In this document: positions 39,997 to 48,170 of the stretch, piece by piece
How positions within the stretch are numbered: position 1 is the first letter of the stretch
Layout of the letters: each line of letters begins with the position of its first letter
DNA from: Candidatus Thorarchaeota archaeon
GTDB lineage: Archaea; Asgardarchaeota; Thorarchaeia; Thorarchaeales; Thorarchaeaceae
Length of the DNA stretch: 64,000 nucleotides
Direction: 5' to 3'
Assembly (NCBI GenBank): GCA_029855935.1
Contig: JAGSHN010000012.1
Span: 1-64,000, forward strand
Notes under the pieces: model-generated
Told to the model about the DNA's origin: nothing
The model's database searches: none
Seen by the model: only the letters and a program-made list of their open reading frames with translations
Program-made: the position numbers and the translations under genes

Positions 39997-41378
39997 AGAC
40001 AGTCACATGGATACTCCGCATACTGTCAACAGCGACATTCGCCTACATGTGCTTTATCGTATACAATCAGCTGCGCGGGTACTGGGACTGGAACTCCCCA
40101 TACGTCTTCATTGTGACAGTGTACCGCATTCTATCGCTCCTCCTCTTCTATCTGGTCATCATAGTGGCGCAAGGGTTTGAGCAGCTTGTTGGAGGTGGCG
40201 CCAGTAGCTCGCTCGCAACGGCGCTCTTCAACACCATCATGCTCAAGTTCTGGTACCTGCAACCCTACGGAGGAGCAACCCCTTTCACGGACATTCAACA
40301 GGTCTTCCTCTACCTGAATACGCAACTCGGCATAATCGCGATGGATCTCTGGGACCGCACCTTTACATTCCTCTACTTTCTCTTCGCAGGTATTGGAGTG
40401 GCAATGTTTCTGCAGTCCCTGTTCCGAATGGAGCACAAATTTGTTGCTGGTGCATTCCTCTCGATCCAAGCGATAATGATTGTGGCAGCCTTCAGGGGCC
40501 TTCCCATCTACGGTCAGGAGCCTATAGCCACTGGTTTCCTCGGCTTCCTCACGTCAGGACTACAGATTCTCGCTCTTGTGTCCTTTGCCTATCTTGAGAT
40601 CAGCTATCAGATGATCTACAGCTACTCAGTCGGGAAGCCTGTTGAGGATCGGCAAGAAACGCTCAAGAAACAGCTTCTAGCGCTGCGGGCCGAAGTCCGG
40701 AAACAGGATGCCATTGAGAGAGGTGAGAAGGTTGCGGCGACATCTACCAGCAGGCTATCAGGTGGTGCGACAGCGTTCTCATTCCTCCGTGAGGTGATAG
40801 AGCGCAAGTTATTGGGATCACGGGAAGCGCTTGAGAACCTCGATGCTGTCAGCGACATCCGACGTCTCAACATCTACATAGACCAGCTTCTTGCATCGGA
40901 CCCGAGTGCCCGTGACGAGCTGACAGCACGAGCAGCCGCCCCGTCCTCAGGATATGTGATCTACTCGACAGTCCTCGGCTCGATAATCCGGTTCCTGAGC
41001 GTGGTGGCGCTATCATATATTCTCGTCAACCCGCTTATACTGATAGAGCTGCTCAATCTCCCCCCGGGCATTTCGTATAGTGTGGAACTGCAGCAACCCG
41101 AGATGGTCGTGATTCTCCTTGTTCCAGTCCTCTTGCTCCTCGCCTTCATTGCTGCGATGATCCGCTGGTACTCTCAATGGGAGGAGGAGGCCCTCCAGCG
41201 GCAGATTGAGGCCGAGGAGAAGCGCAAGGCCCGTGAGAAGAAGAGAGAGGCCCGGCGGCTCCGCAGGGAGGCAAGAAAGAGGAGGAAGGCCCTGGAGAGG
41301 GGCCCAGAAGAAGGGGAAATCGACGAGTGGGATCGTGTGTTAGGAGAACTATACCAGTCGGAAGGCTCAGAGTCATGA
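39993..41378 (+). CDS. Uncharacterised polytopic membrane protein with charged helical tail
   Basis: 461-aa ORF with about 7-8 hydrophobic segments; overlaps both neighbours by 4 nt; GGGGGTG upstream. Confidence 0.8.
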   Translation: MKTVTWILRILSTATFAYMCFIVYNQLRGYWDWNSPYVFIVTVYRILSLLLFYLVIIVAQGFEQLVGGGASSSLATALFNTIMLKFWYLQPYGGATPFTDIQQVFLYLNTQLGIIAMDLWDRTFTFLYFLFAGIGVAMFLQSLFRMEHKFVAGAFLSIQAIMIVAAFRGLPIYGQEPIATGFLGFLTSGLQILALVSFAYLEISYQMIYSYSVGKPVEDRQETLKKQLLALRAEVRKQDAIERGEKVAATSTSRLSGGATAFSFLREVIERKLLGSREALENLDAVSDIRRLNIYIDQLLASDPSARDELTARAAAPSSGYVIYSTVLGSIIRFLSVVALSYILVNPLILIELLNLPPGISYSVELQQPEMVVILLVPVLLLLAFIAAMIRWYSQWEEEALQRQIEAEEKRKAREKKREARRLRREARKRRKALERGPEEGEIDEWDRVLGELYQSEGSES

Positions 41379-42334
41379 AGCACATTGTTCTCACTCACGG
41401 CGATGTTGATGGGCTGACGTCAGGGACGATCGGGGTGCTCGCTCTCCCTGGTGCGGACGTATATCTGACGCGACCCTCTCAGATTCACCAAGACCTGTAT
41501 CGTGTCGCCAAGGACGAACCCGATGTGGTGTCGATTAGTGACATCGCAGTGAATGTTGCCAGATTCGACGACATCATGCGGGCACTCTCTCGGTTTCCCG
41601 ACAAGACCACAATTCACTGGACCGACCACCATCCCCTATCAGCGCGTCTAAAGAGGAGATTGTCACAATGCGTCGAACTGTTTCACGAGATAGGCCCTTG
41701 CGCAGCAGAACTGATGTACCGGAAGTTCGAGGACGCTCTGCCTGAGCACGCGCTGCGTATAGCACTCTACGGGGCGATTGCTGACTACTGTGACAACACA
41801 CCCTTTACAAGGCGTCACTTCGATGACTTTGACAAGCGGACCCTCTATCTGGAGTCAGGCCTTCTCGTGCAGGCGCTGCAGGAGATTGACTACCGCCGAG
41901 AGTCGAAGGACATCATCTGGAGTATGGCTCTGGGGCTGGAGCCTAGTGCAATGCCCAACATTGTCTCCCTAGCAGTACAAGCCACGCGCATTGAGCATCA
42001 GATGTTTCAGTACGTACAGCAGTATGCGAAGAAGATGGGGCCGATAGGCTACGTCCTCGACGTCCCAATGGGTGGCTACCGGGGGAAGACTGCCAAGTTT
42101 GCTGCCTACGTCACAGACTCCGAGATTGGAATCAGCGCCAGGACAAGTGGCGACGAAGTGGATATGTCAATCAGGAGGAGGGGATCCCGTGTCGACCTCA
42201 ATAGACTCCTCAACAAGGTGATACCACAGCTCGACAACGCACAGGGCGGAGGCCATCCAGCCGCCTGCGGGGCTGCCGTGAGCCGTAGTGACTTTCCCCG
42301 CTTTCTGCAGCTGATGGGCGAAGAACTGGTGTGA
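41375..42334 (+). CDS. DHH/DHHA1 phosphoesterase
   Basis: HGDVDG, SDIA, TDHH, IADY, GGGHPAACG; ATGA overlap with the upstream stop. Confidence 0.92.
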   Translation: MKHIVLTHGDVDGLTSGTIGVLALPGADVYLTRPSQIHQDLYRVAKDEPDVVSISDIAVNVARFDDIMRALSRFPDKTTIHWTDHHPLSARLKRRLSQCVELFHEIGPCAAELMYRKFEDALPEHALRIALYGAIADYCDNTPFTRRHFDDFDKRTLYLESGLLVQALQEIDYRRESKDIIWSMALGLEPSAMPNIVSLAVQATRIEHQMFQYVQQYAKKMGPIGYVLDVPMGGYRGKTAKFAAYVTDSEIGISARTSGDEVDMSIRRRGSRVDLNRLLNKVIPQLDNAQGGGHPAACGAAVSRSDFPRFLQLMGEELV

Positions 42335-42349
42335 GTTGTGCGGAACGGT

Positions 42350-44578
42350 TCACAACGAAGGCAGAAAGAACATGATGGCGCTCCAGAGGACCCATATGAC
42401 TGTGACAATGGCCTCACCCGCCACGACCCCGCTCAGAACCCTACTGGGCCTGTCCGTCCGCATCTCCTGTACCTCTATGCGCTCTGGAAGCGGATCCCGT
42501 GGTGCGTCTCTCTTTATCTTGTAGTCGACTACTCCTCCAATCAACATTGCCATCGAGGTCGCAGGAGGGATGAGAAGGCCCACTACGAGACTCATCGGAC
42601 TCAGGCCGCGCCTGTTGAGGAACCGCCCCATAAGATACCCGCTTATGCCGAAGGAGAGGAGGTAGACGAACTGCAACCAGGCTGGCACACCTGGGAAGAG
42701 TGTGGTGTCCATTCCCGGCAGCACAAGGTTGCCGATGTTCTGCAGGCTGATCACGAGGAATCCGAAGAGCTGGGCCGCAGGTGCCGGAAAGTCTGTTGTC
42801 CCGAAGTGATACGTCCTGTATATCATGTAGATCATCAGAGATCCCACAAACGTCCCAAGGAGCGCGCCGAGGAACACCGCTTTGAATATGTCACGTCCCC
42901 GGACTCCTGTGAGTCTTCCCAGCTTGAGATGAACCAGCAGTGCGACCGCCGCGTCCTGAAGTGCTCCCAACATCGATATGAACGTCGTTATGGCCTGAAA
43001 TGTGGCGTGAAAGACGAGTATTGCTGGTATTGACATCACATCTGAGATGTAGCCTGCCAGCATCCCTGTTTCACTGATGGCTCTTGCCGTGAAGTAGGCG
43101 GAAATAAGCGCGAGGGGAGCACCGAGCACGAACAACAACCAGTGTATCTCAAGACCTGGGAACGGCCTGATGATGGAGAATATGGCAATTCCAATGATCG
43201 TGTAGATGGTGACCGAAACCAAGGCCACCCAGACTGGGACTTGGCCACGCCTAGAACTGAGGTATTCTCGAGGGTTGTGAACCATCTCCCGAATCTCCTC
43301 CCTGAGCGAGGTCATCGAGACCGTGAGGCGTCTCTCCATCATCCGTCTTATGTCCGAAACAGAGTGGGGATGGTCTATGGTGACGACCTCCTCCTCCTCC
43401 TTCTGCCTCCCCAGCCCCTCAGATGCCAACTCCTCAAATTCATCGGGTGTGAGCGAGTCGCCTCCCCTGCTCAGTGCAATGTCGCCCGATATGATGGTCG
43501 CGAAGACCCCGAGGACGAGATAGAGTATCTCCGGCCGGTGCAGATGGCTCCCATACGGAATGGGCTGGGCCCCTTCCAACACCACCCATATGCCCAGTGA
43601 TATGACACTCCCCAGCACGAGGATAACAGTTCTCTTCCATCCCACAAAGTATCCTATTGCAGCCACAAGTGGAGAGTTACTAATTCCAATCCAGTCGGGG
43701 ATGGCTGCCGCAGGGGCCAGCACAGACTTTAGCATATGCGGTAGCGATGAGAGACTCTCTCCGCTGATGGTCTCCGCGACCTTGGTGACCCCCACCCAGG
43801 CGCCTGAGGTGACGAGTCCTGTCGCCACATCCATCTTGGCAGCCCTGTCCATTCCGAGCGAGACTATGCACTCAGCCTGTGGCTTGACCTGGGGCCACGG
43901 CTCGCTCTCGAACCTGTCCCTCAACGGAGCAAGCAGAATCAATCCGAAGACGGCACTGGCCCCAGTCACGAAGACTATGAACGGGTACGTTATCAGGGCG
44001 GGAGCAACATCAGGGGCAAAGATCTCAATCGCCGGAAAGGTGATCAGAACACCCATCGATATCATCGACGAGCCGTTGGCAATGGCCACAGCGATGGTGT
44101 TTTCCTCAGGGGTGTATCTGCCCCTTGCACCAAGGATGAGTGCACCGAGCATCTCTGCACCGACAAAGTAGACGACTCCGAGCTTCAGCGCGAGGTATAT
44201 CCCCATGAAGGTCATCACTATCCCAACAAGTATACCTGTCGATATGGCGCGCTTTGTCAATGGGAATTTGGGCTCAATCATCACCAGAACGAAGATGGTG
44301 ACTCCGCCAATCGCCATGACTGTGATCTCCGTGAACATATGCAGGGTCATACTTGCAAAGAGGTAGATGACCACACCAAGAAAGATGGCTCCGACATCGC
44401 GCTTCGTGACTGTGGGACGATTGAGCGAGAGGTGAACAAGTGCAGCCTCAATCACAATGGCACAATACACACTTGGGTCCAGCCACCGCCCTTCGAGAAG
44501 AATGACGATTGCGTAGAAAAGCCCTGCTCCGAAGAGCCCGGCCAGGGTCATTCTCGTGGATCTGCGGTCTGTGAGCAA
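42350..44578 (-). CDS. OPT/YSL-family oligopeptide transporter
   Basis: LTKRAI..G, YLALKLG, PEENTI, ARAISETG, FPAPAA, SGVVAGEA; many TMs. Confidence 0.8.
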   Translation of the reverse strand: MLTDRRSTRMTLAGLFGAGLFYAIVILLEGRWLDPSVYCAIVIEAALVHLSLNRPTVTKRDVGAIFLGVVIYLFASMTLHMFTEITVMAIGGVTIFVLVMIEPKFPLTKRAISTGILVGIVMTFMGIYLALKLGVVYFVGAEMLGALILGARGRYTPEENTIAVAIANGSSMISMGVLITFPAIEIFAPDVAPALITYPFIVFVTGASAVFGLILLAPLRDRFESEPWPQVKPQAECIVSLGMDRAAKMDVATGLVTSGAWVGVTKVAETISGESLSSLPHMLKSVLAPAAAIPDWIGISNSPLVAAIGYFVGWKRTVILVLGSVISLGIWVVLEGAQPIPYGSHLHRPEILYLVLGVFATIISGDIALSRGGDSLTPDEFEELASEGLGRQKEEEEVVTIDHPHSVSDIRRMMERRLTVSMTSLREEIREMVHNPREYLSSRRGQVPVWVALVSVTIYTIIGIAIFSIIRPFPGLEIHWLLFVLGAPLALISAYFTARAISETGMLAGYISDVMSIPAILVFHATFQAITTFISMLGALQDAAVALLVHLKLGRLTGVRGRDIFKAVFLGALLGTFVGSLMIYMIYRTYHFGTTDFPAPAAQLFGFLVISLQNIGNLVLPGMDTTLFPGVPAWLQFVYLLSFGISGYLMGRFLNRRGLSPMSLVVGLLIPPATSMAMLIGGVVDYKIKRDAPRDPLPERIEVQEMRTDRPSRVLSGVVAGEAIVTVIWVLWSAIMFFLPSL

Positions 44579-44675
44579 GCCATTGGCACCTCTCTAGTTG
44601 GGACGTCAGGGGCAAGACGCAATGCGTTTACGGTGGTTCTCGGCCGGCGGAAGACATTGTTCTGTTGATTGTCTT

Positions 44676-44996
44676 TTATACGTTGTTGGCCCTTTTCCTC
44701 TTCCTGAAGGAACTCTTGAGTGCGCGCGTGACATATTGGGCCGATACGCCAACGACCTCTATTACCTTCTCTCTATCTCCAAGGCCGCTCACGACCCTGA
44801 GACTGGCGGTTGACACTCCTAGTGTCTTGGCCAGCCTCTTGAGGAGCTCTGCATTGGCCTTTCCCCCGTGCGGCGGGCTCCGTACGTTCAGTACTATCTG
44901 ACCGTCATCAATGTCAGCTATGAAGGTCCTAGACTTGGACCGTGGGTGCACCAGTACTCTCAACAGAACTCCTGATGGGGTTTCTCTGACCGCCAC
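44676..44996 (-). CDS. DUF167/YggU family protein
   Basis: V.V.P.S, V.SPP..GKAN.EL...LAK.LGV......VSG...REK. Confidence 0.9.
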   Translation of the reverse strand: MAVRETPSGVLLRVLVHPRSKSRTFIADIDDGQIVLNVRSPPHGGKANAELLKRLAKTLGVSTASLRVVSGLGDREKVIEVVGVSAQYVTRALKSSFRKRKRANNV

Positions 44997-45174
44997 TTTT
45001 CATCCGGCCATCTGAGAGAGTCCTTGACTCTCTCATAATCTCTCTGGTCAGACGATATTGAACGCAATGTGGACCTGCACCCAGCCCGGGGGCGCATCTG
45101 AGATTAACTTAAATCTTGGACCAGAGGACATCGTTGGTGAGATAGTGCTGAGCACTAGCAAGGGGTGAAACATA

Positions 45175-45555
45175 GTGTCTGATCCTGTAATGGAAGCCTA
45201 CACTCAGGCGTATAATAACTCCGGCCAGCTTGTTCAGGCGTTTGGCGTGATTACGACCTCTGGTCAAGTACTGTGGCAGAGCAATAACTGGGACCTCACT
45301 CAGGATGCCCCGGGCCTGATTGCGGCCCTCACGAAGGGGGCGCCCTCGGTTGTCCAGAACAACGTGAAGTATAGCACACTACGCACTACACCTGACAGTC
45401 TTGTCGCCCGAAATGTCGCTGGTAACGGAATACTGATACTCTCGCGCATCGATAGCGACAAGTTTGTCGTGGCTTGGGCCGCCCCAGATGCTGCTCCCGA
45501 TCAGGTATACGTTGATGTTGACCGGGCTGCAAAATGGCTCAGGGGCAAGATCTGA
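45175..45555 (+). CDS. Profilin-like protein (Asgard), copy 1
   Basis: 126 aa; AFGVI..SGQVLWQSNNWDL, QNNVKYSTLR, SLVARN..GNGILI, C-terminal helix match the profilin layout; SD AGGGGTGA. Confidence 0.75.
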   Translation: MSDPVMEAYTQAYNNSGQLVQAFGVITTSGQVLWQSNNWDLTQDAPGLIAALTKGAPSVVQNNVKYSTLRTTPDSLVARNVAGNGILILSRIDSDKFVVAWAAPDAAPDQVYVDVDRAAKWLRGKI

Positions 45556-45742
45556 GACGCAACTGCCAATGGTGAGTGGGGCTGGAGAGGAGGACTGGCG
45601 TGTCACAATAGTGCGGCATCATCTGTGTGTCCACTGTGAGAACGACAAGGCCCTGTCCCTCTCGTGTGCGGCGTCATCCGCAGACGCACAATCTCTCCTC
45701 TCCCACATACTATTGGTAGATGTTGTGGGAGCCGTGACAGAG

Positions 45743-46123
45743 ATGACTGCGACGGACAGGATAGGAGATCTCTGGATGAAACTCTACTCGTACAATCCAA
45801 AGATTCAAGCATTTGCCGTCATCAAGGATTCACAGGTGGTCTGGCAGACCTCCAACTGGGACTTGGTTCCAGATGCTGAAGTCATCGCTCAGGCTTGCAA
45901 GAATGCCCCTCCCAGAATAGTTGTCGGTGGAATCGAGTACACGCGAATCTACTCTGACGACACATCATTTATTGCGAGTGCTGAGGGAGAGGGTGGCCAT
46001 ATTCTCGTCAGCCTCGTAGATGGCGCGACTTGGGTTGTTGGATGGGCCACACCCGATGCGGTTCCCGAGCTTGCTCAGATTGATCTCGGGATGGCTGCTG
46101 TCGCACTGGCTGGCACTATGTGA
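45743..46123 (+). CDS. Profilin-like protein (Asgard), copy 2
   Basis: 126 aa from ATG 45743; colinear with copy 1 (QAFAVI, VVWQTSNWDL, GGIEY, VVGWATPDA.P). Confidence 0.7.
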   Translation: MTATDRIGDLWMKLYSYNPKIQAFAVIKDSQVVWQTSNWDLVPDAEVIAQACKNAPPRIVVGGIEYTRIYSDDTSFIASAEGEGGHILVSLVDGATWVVGWATPDAVPELAQIDLGMAAVALAGTM

Positions 46124-46190
46124 AGAACAATGGACCGGGCGCTAGACTTAGATATTCCTTTTCTCACTATTGAGGTCGAGGGAAATCCTG

Positions 46191-46424
46191 ATGGGTGTTG
46201 TGGCGTTCATAATGCTCAAGGTACGATCCGACTCCACGAGAAAGGTCCTTGAACAGGTCAAGTCGTTCAAGGAAACAAAGCAGGCACACATAATCTTTGG
46301 TGCCTACGACATGATAGTCAAGGCCGAGTTTGAGAACAACGACCAGCTCAGCAGGTTTGTGGTCGACAAGCTCAAGTCAATAGACGGTGTGATTGATACG
46401 GCCACAAATGTCTGTGCCCTTTGA
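46191..46424 (+). CDS. Stand-alone Lrp/AsnC ligand-binding (RAM) domain
   Basis: AFIMLKV, AHIIFGAYDMIVK, KLKSIDGVIDT.T; no HTH. Confidence 0.9.
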   Translation: MGVVAFIMLKVRSDSTRKVLEQVKSFKETKQAHIIFGAYDMIVKAEFENNDQLSRFVVDKLKSIDGVIDTATNVCAL

Positions 46425-46452
46425 GAGAGGGGCTTGGCCCCTGTGTCTACCA

Positions 46453-47235
46453 CTACTGTGGGAACAGAATCTCTCTCAGTTTGGAGTGGAGTCCGACCCA
46501 CTCTGGATGGCCACAGGCCTGTATTCTCCTGAGGAAGTTGTAGAGATCAAGCACCTCAGAGTCGATGACATCACCTCTAATCCTCTTGGCCACCTCTCTT
46601 CCCGCCTGCGCCTCTATTCGTGACAGGCGGATCATTGTCTCTATGAATTCCCTCTCCTGCTCTGCTGAAACGGTGATGCCGAATACTCTCCCGAGTCTGT
46701 CCAGCGTTCTGCGAATCTCGCGTTTGAGCACTGTTGAGTTTCTTCGGTAGGGATGTGGCACGATGACAAAGCCTCTTGCCGTACGTCTGTAGTAATCGGT
46801 GCTGCGCTTGCCTGTTCTCACAGTGCCGTACTTGATGACAAACCCCGTCTCGATGAGCCTGGGGAGATGGTGGTACACCTGATTCTTGGTCACCGGCTCG
46901 AACTCTCTATCCTCTGCGGATAGTTTCACAATCTCCATCACCGAGAGGGCGTGGCGCCTGACCTCCCGCTGGCGAATGATGAGCTCCCCTGTCTTTTCAT
47001 CGCGCGTCCTAGTAGTTATCGTGTCGGGAATCCCCTCTCTGAGCACCTTTATGATTGTCAACCTCACGGGGTCATCAATGACGTGCGCTGTTTCTTCATC
47101 GGTGACAAACACAAGCTCCCTCTGTGGTTTCTTACCCTCCTCCGTCAACTCCACATTGAGCAGAGTGTCCGTGAGGCGATCAGTATCTTCCGAATCCGTC
47201 GTGCCACTAGCTGGGGTCATTATGATCTCTCTCAC
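46453..47235 (-). CDS. ArsR-like winged-helix transcriptional regulator with insertion
   Basis: DPVRLTIIKVL, LSVMEI, NQVYHHLPRLIETGFV, DYYRRTA; start may be ATG 47220. Confidence 0.82.
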   Translation of the reverse strand: MREIIMTPASGTTDSEDTDRLTDTLLNVELTEEGKKPQRELVFVTDEETAHVIDDPVRLTIIKVLREGIPDTITTRTRDEKTGELIIRQREVRRHALSVMEIVKLSAEDREFEPVTKNQVYHHLPRLIETGFVIKYGTVRTGKRSTDYYRRTARGFVIVPHPYRRNSTVLKREIRRTLDRLGRVFGITVSAEQEREFIETMIRLSRIEAQAGREVAKRIRGDVIDSEVLDLYNFLRRIQACGHPEWVGLHSKLREILFPQ

Positions 47236-47263
47236 TCCCTCCCGATATATAAGGAACTAGATT

Positions 47264-47369
47264 GCGGTTGATATGACCAACCATATACGTTGATATGGTA
47301 CGTTACACAAACCTTTTATGGCTTAGAATACCAACCATCCTGATACTAATGGTTGGTAGAGTAAACCAT
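47264..47369. promoter_or_regulatory. Divergent promoter region with four ATGGTTG-N7-CAACCAT-like operators
   Basis: Sites at 47264-47284, 47295-47315, 47318-47338, 47349-47369; TATA-like TTTTATGG at 47314-47321. Confidence 0.7.
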
Positions 47370-47448
47370 CGTGGCCTTGCTGTGTGCCTCGTCGTGTTGA
47401 ATGACGGTGACGGGCTCACTGCCAACACAACCAGCCGGAGGTGATGGA

Positions 47449-47556
47449 ATGGCGGTCGCAACGATTCGGAGTCGGTCACGTGACAGGGACGTGCGTGTAC
47501 CTCGCAGGATAGTCTCAACCGATGCAATCGGCTTCGCCTATGTGTACCGGAGGTAG
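47449..47556 (+). CDS. Small Arg-rich protein, 35 aa (absent from ORF track)
   Basis: MAVATIRSRSRDRDVRVPRRIVSTDAIGFAYVYRR; SD GGAGGTGA at 47437-47444, upstream promoter, downstream terminator. Confidence 0.6.
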   Translation: MAVATIRSRSRDRDVRVPRRIVSTDAIGFAYVYRR

Positions 47557-47566
47557 GAAAGCACTA

Positions 47567-47600
47567 GGGCCTTCAGAGGCCCCCTCCTCTCTTCTTCTTC
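47567..47600 (+). terminator. Hairpin plus pyrimidine tract after the small ORF
   Basis: GGGCCT-TCAG-AGGCCC followed by CCTCCTCTCTTCTTCTTC. Confidence 0.6.
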
Positions 47601-47728
47601 GGTCTGCCCACAATCTGCCTTAGTCTCCTATTGGGTGGACAGGGCCCGGATCTCATCGCGCTAGGCAGACCTGTCCTACTGCCGGGAGATTTGCAAGGAC
47701 TGTTGATCTCAGGGCATCGCTCAGGATA

Positions 47729-48118
47729 TCAGGTCCGTCTGATTGCCATGAGGTCCTCCAAGAACAACAGCCCGAAGATTAGGTCGACCGTCACCACGGC
47801 GGCGAGAAGGGCTGATGCCTGTCCGATAAGGAAGTAGCCGAGACCGACAATGAAGACCCACGTCTTCTCAAAGATTGCTATCTGCACGAGACCGTGATTC
47901 TTCTGGGGATCGAGGCCAATGAGATAGAAGCCTATTCCAAAGGCAAATATCAGGCCCATAAGGCAGTCGAACCAGAGCAGTGTGGGTGGGATGGTGTTTC
48001 CGCCGAGATAGAAGTAGGTGATGTCTATCCGCGGAAGTGTCAAGAAGAGGACAGACAGAATCCAGTTCCACAATGCAGCCACAGTGTACATTGCTCTATG
48101 ATATCTCTCGCGATTCAC
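47729..48118 (-). CDS. Uncharacterised small membrane protein (about 4 TM)
   Basis: Hydrophobic segments AALWNW.., FGIGFYLIG.DP.KN, EKTWVF, DLIFG.LF; probable GTG start. Confidence 0.75.
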   Translation of the reverse strand: MNRERYHRAMYTVAALWNWILSVLFLTLPRIDITYFYLGGNTIPPTLLWFDCLMGLIFAFGIGFYLIGLDPQKNHGLVQIAIFEKTWVFIVGLGYFLIGQASALLAAVVTVDLIFGLLFLEDLMAIRRT

Positions 48119-48170
48119 GAGCGGCCACCGGGAGCCTACTGGGCCCACCGGGATATAAAGGTCCAGCGGC

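Noticed and set aside
45464-45742. N-terminal extension of the 219-aa ORF
   Set aside because: It overlaps profilin copy 1 in another frame; only the last 126 aa align with copy 1.
47394-47430. ATGA-containing hairpin as a possible SECIS element
   Set aside because: No matching GA on the 3' arm, no apical AA motif, and no gene with an in-frame TGA was found in the window.
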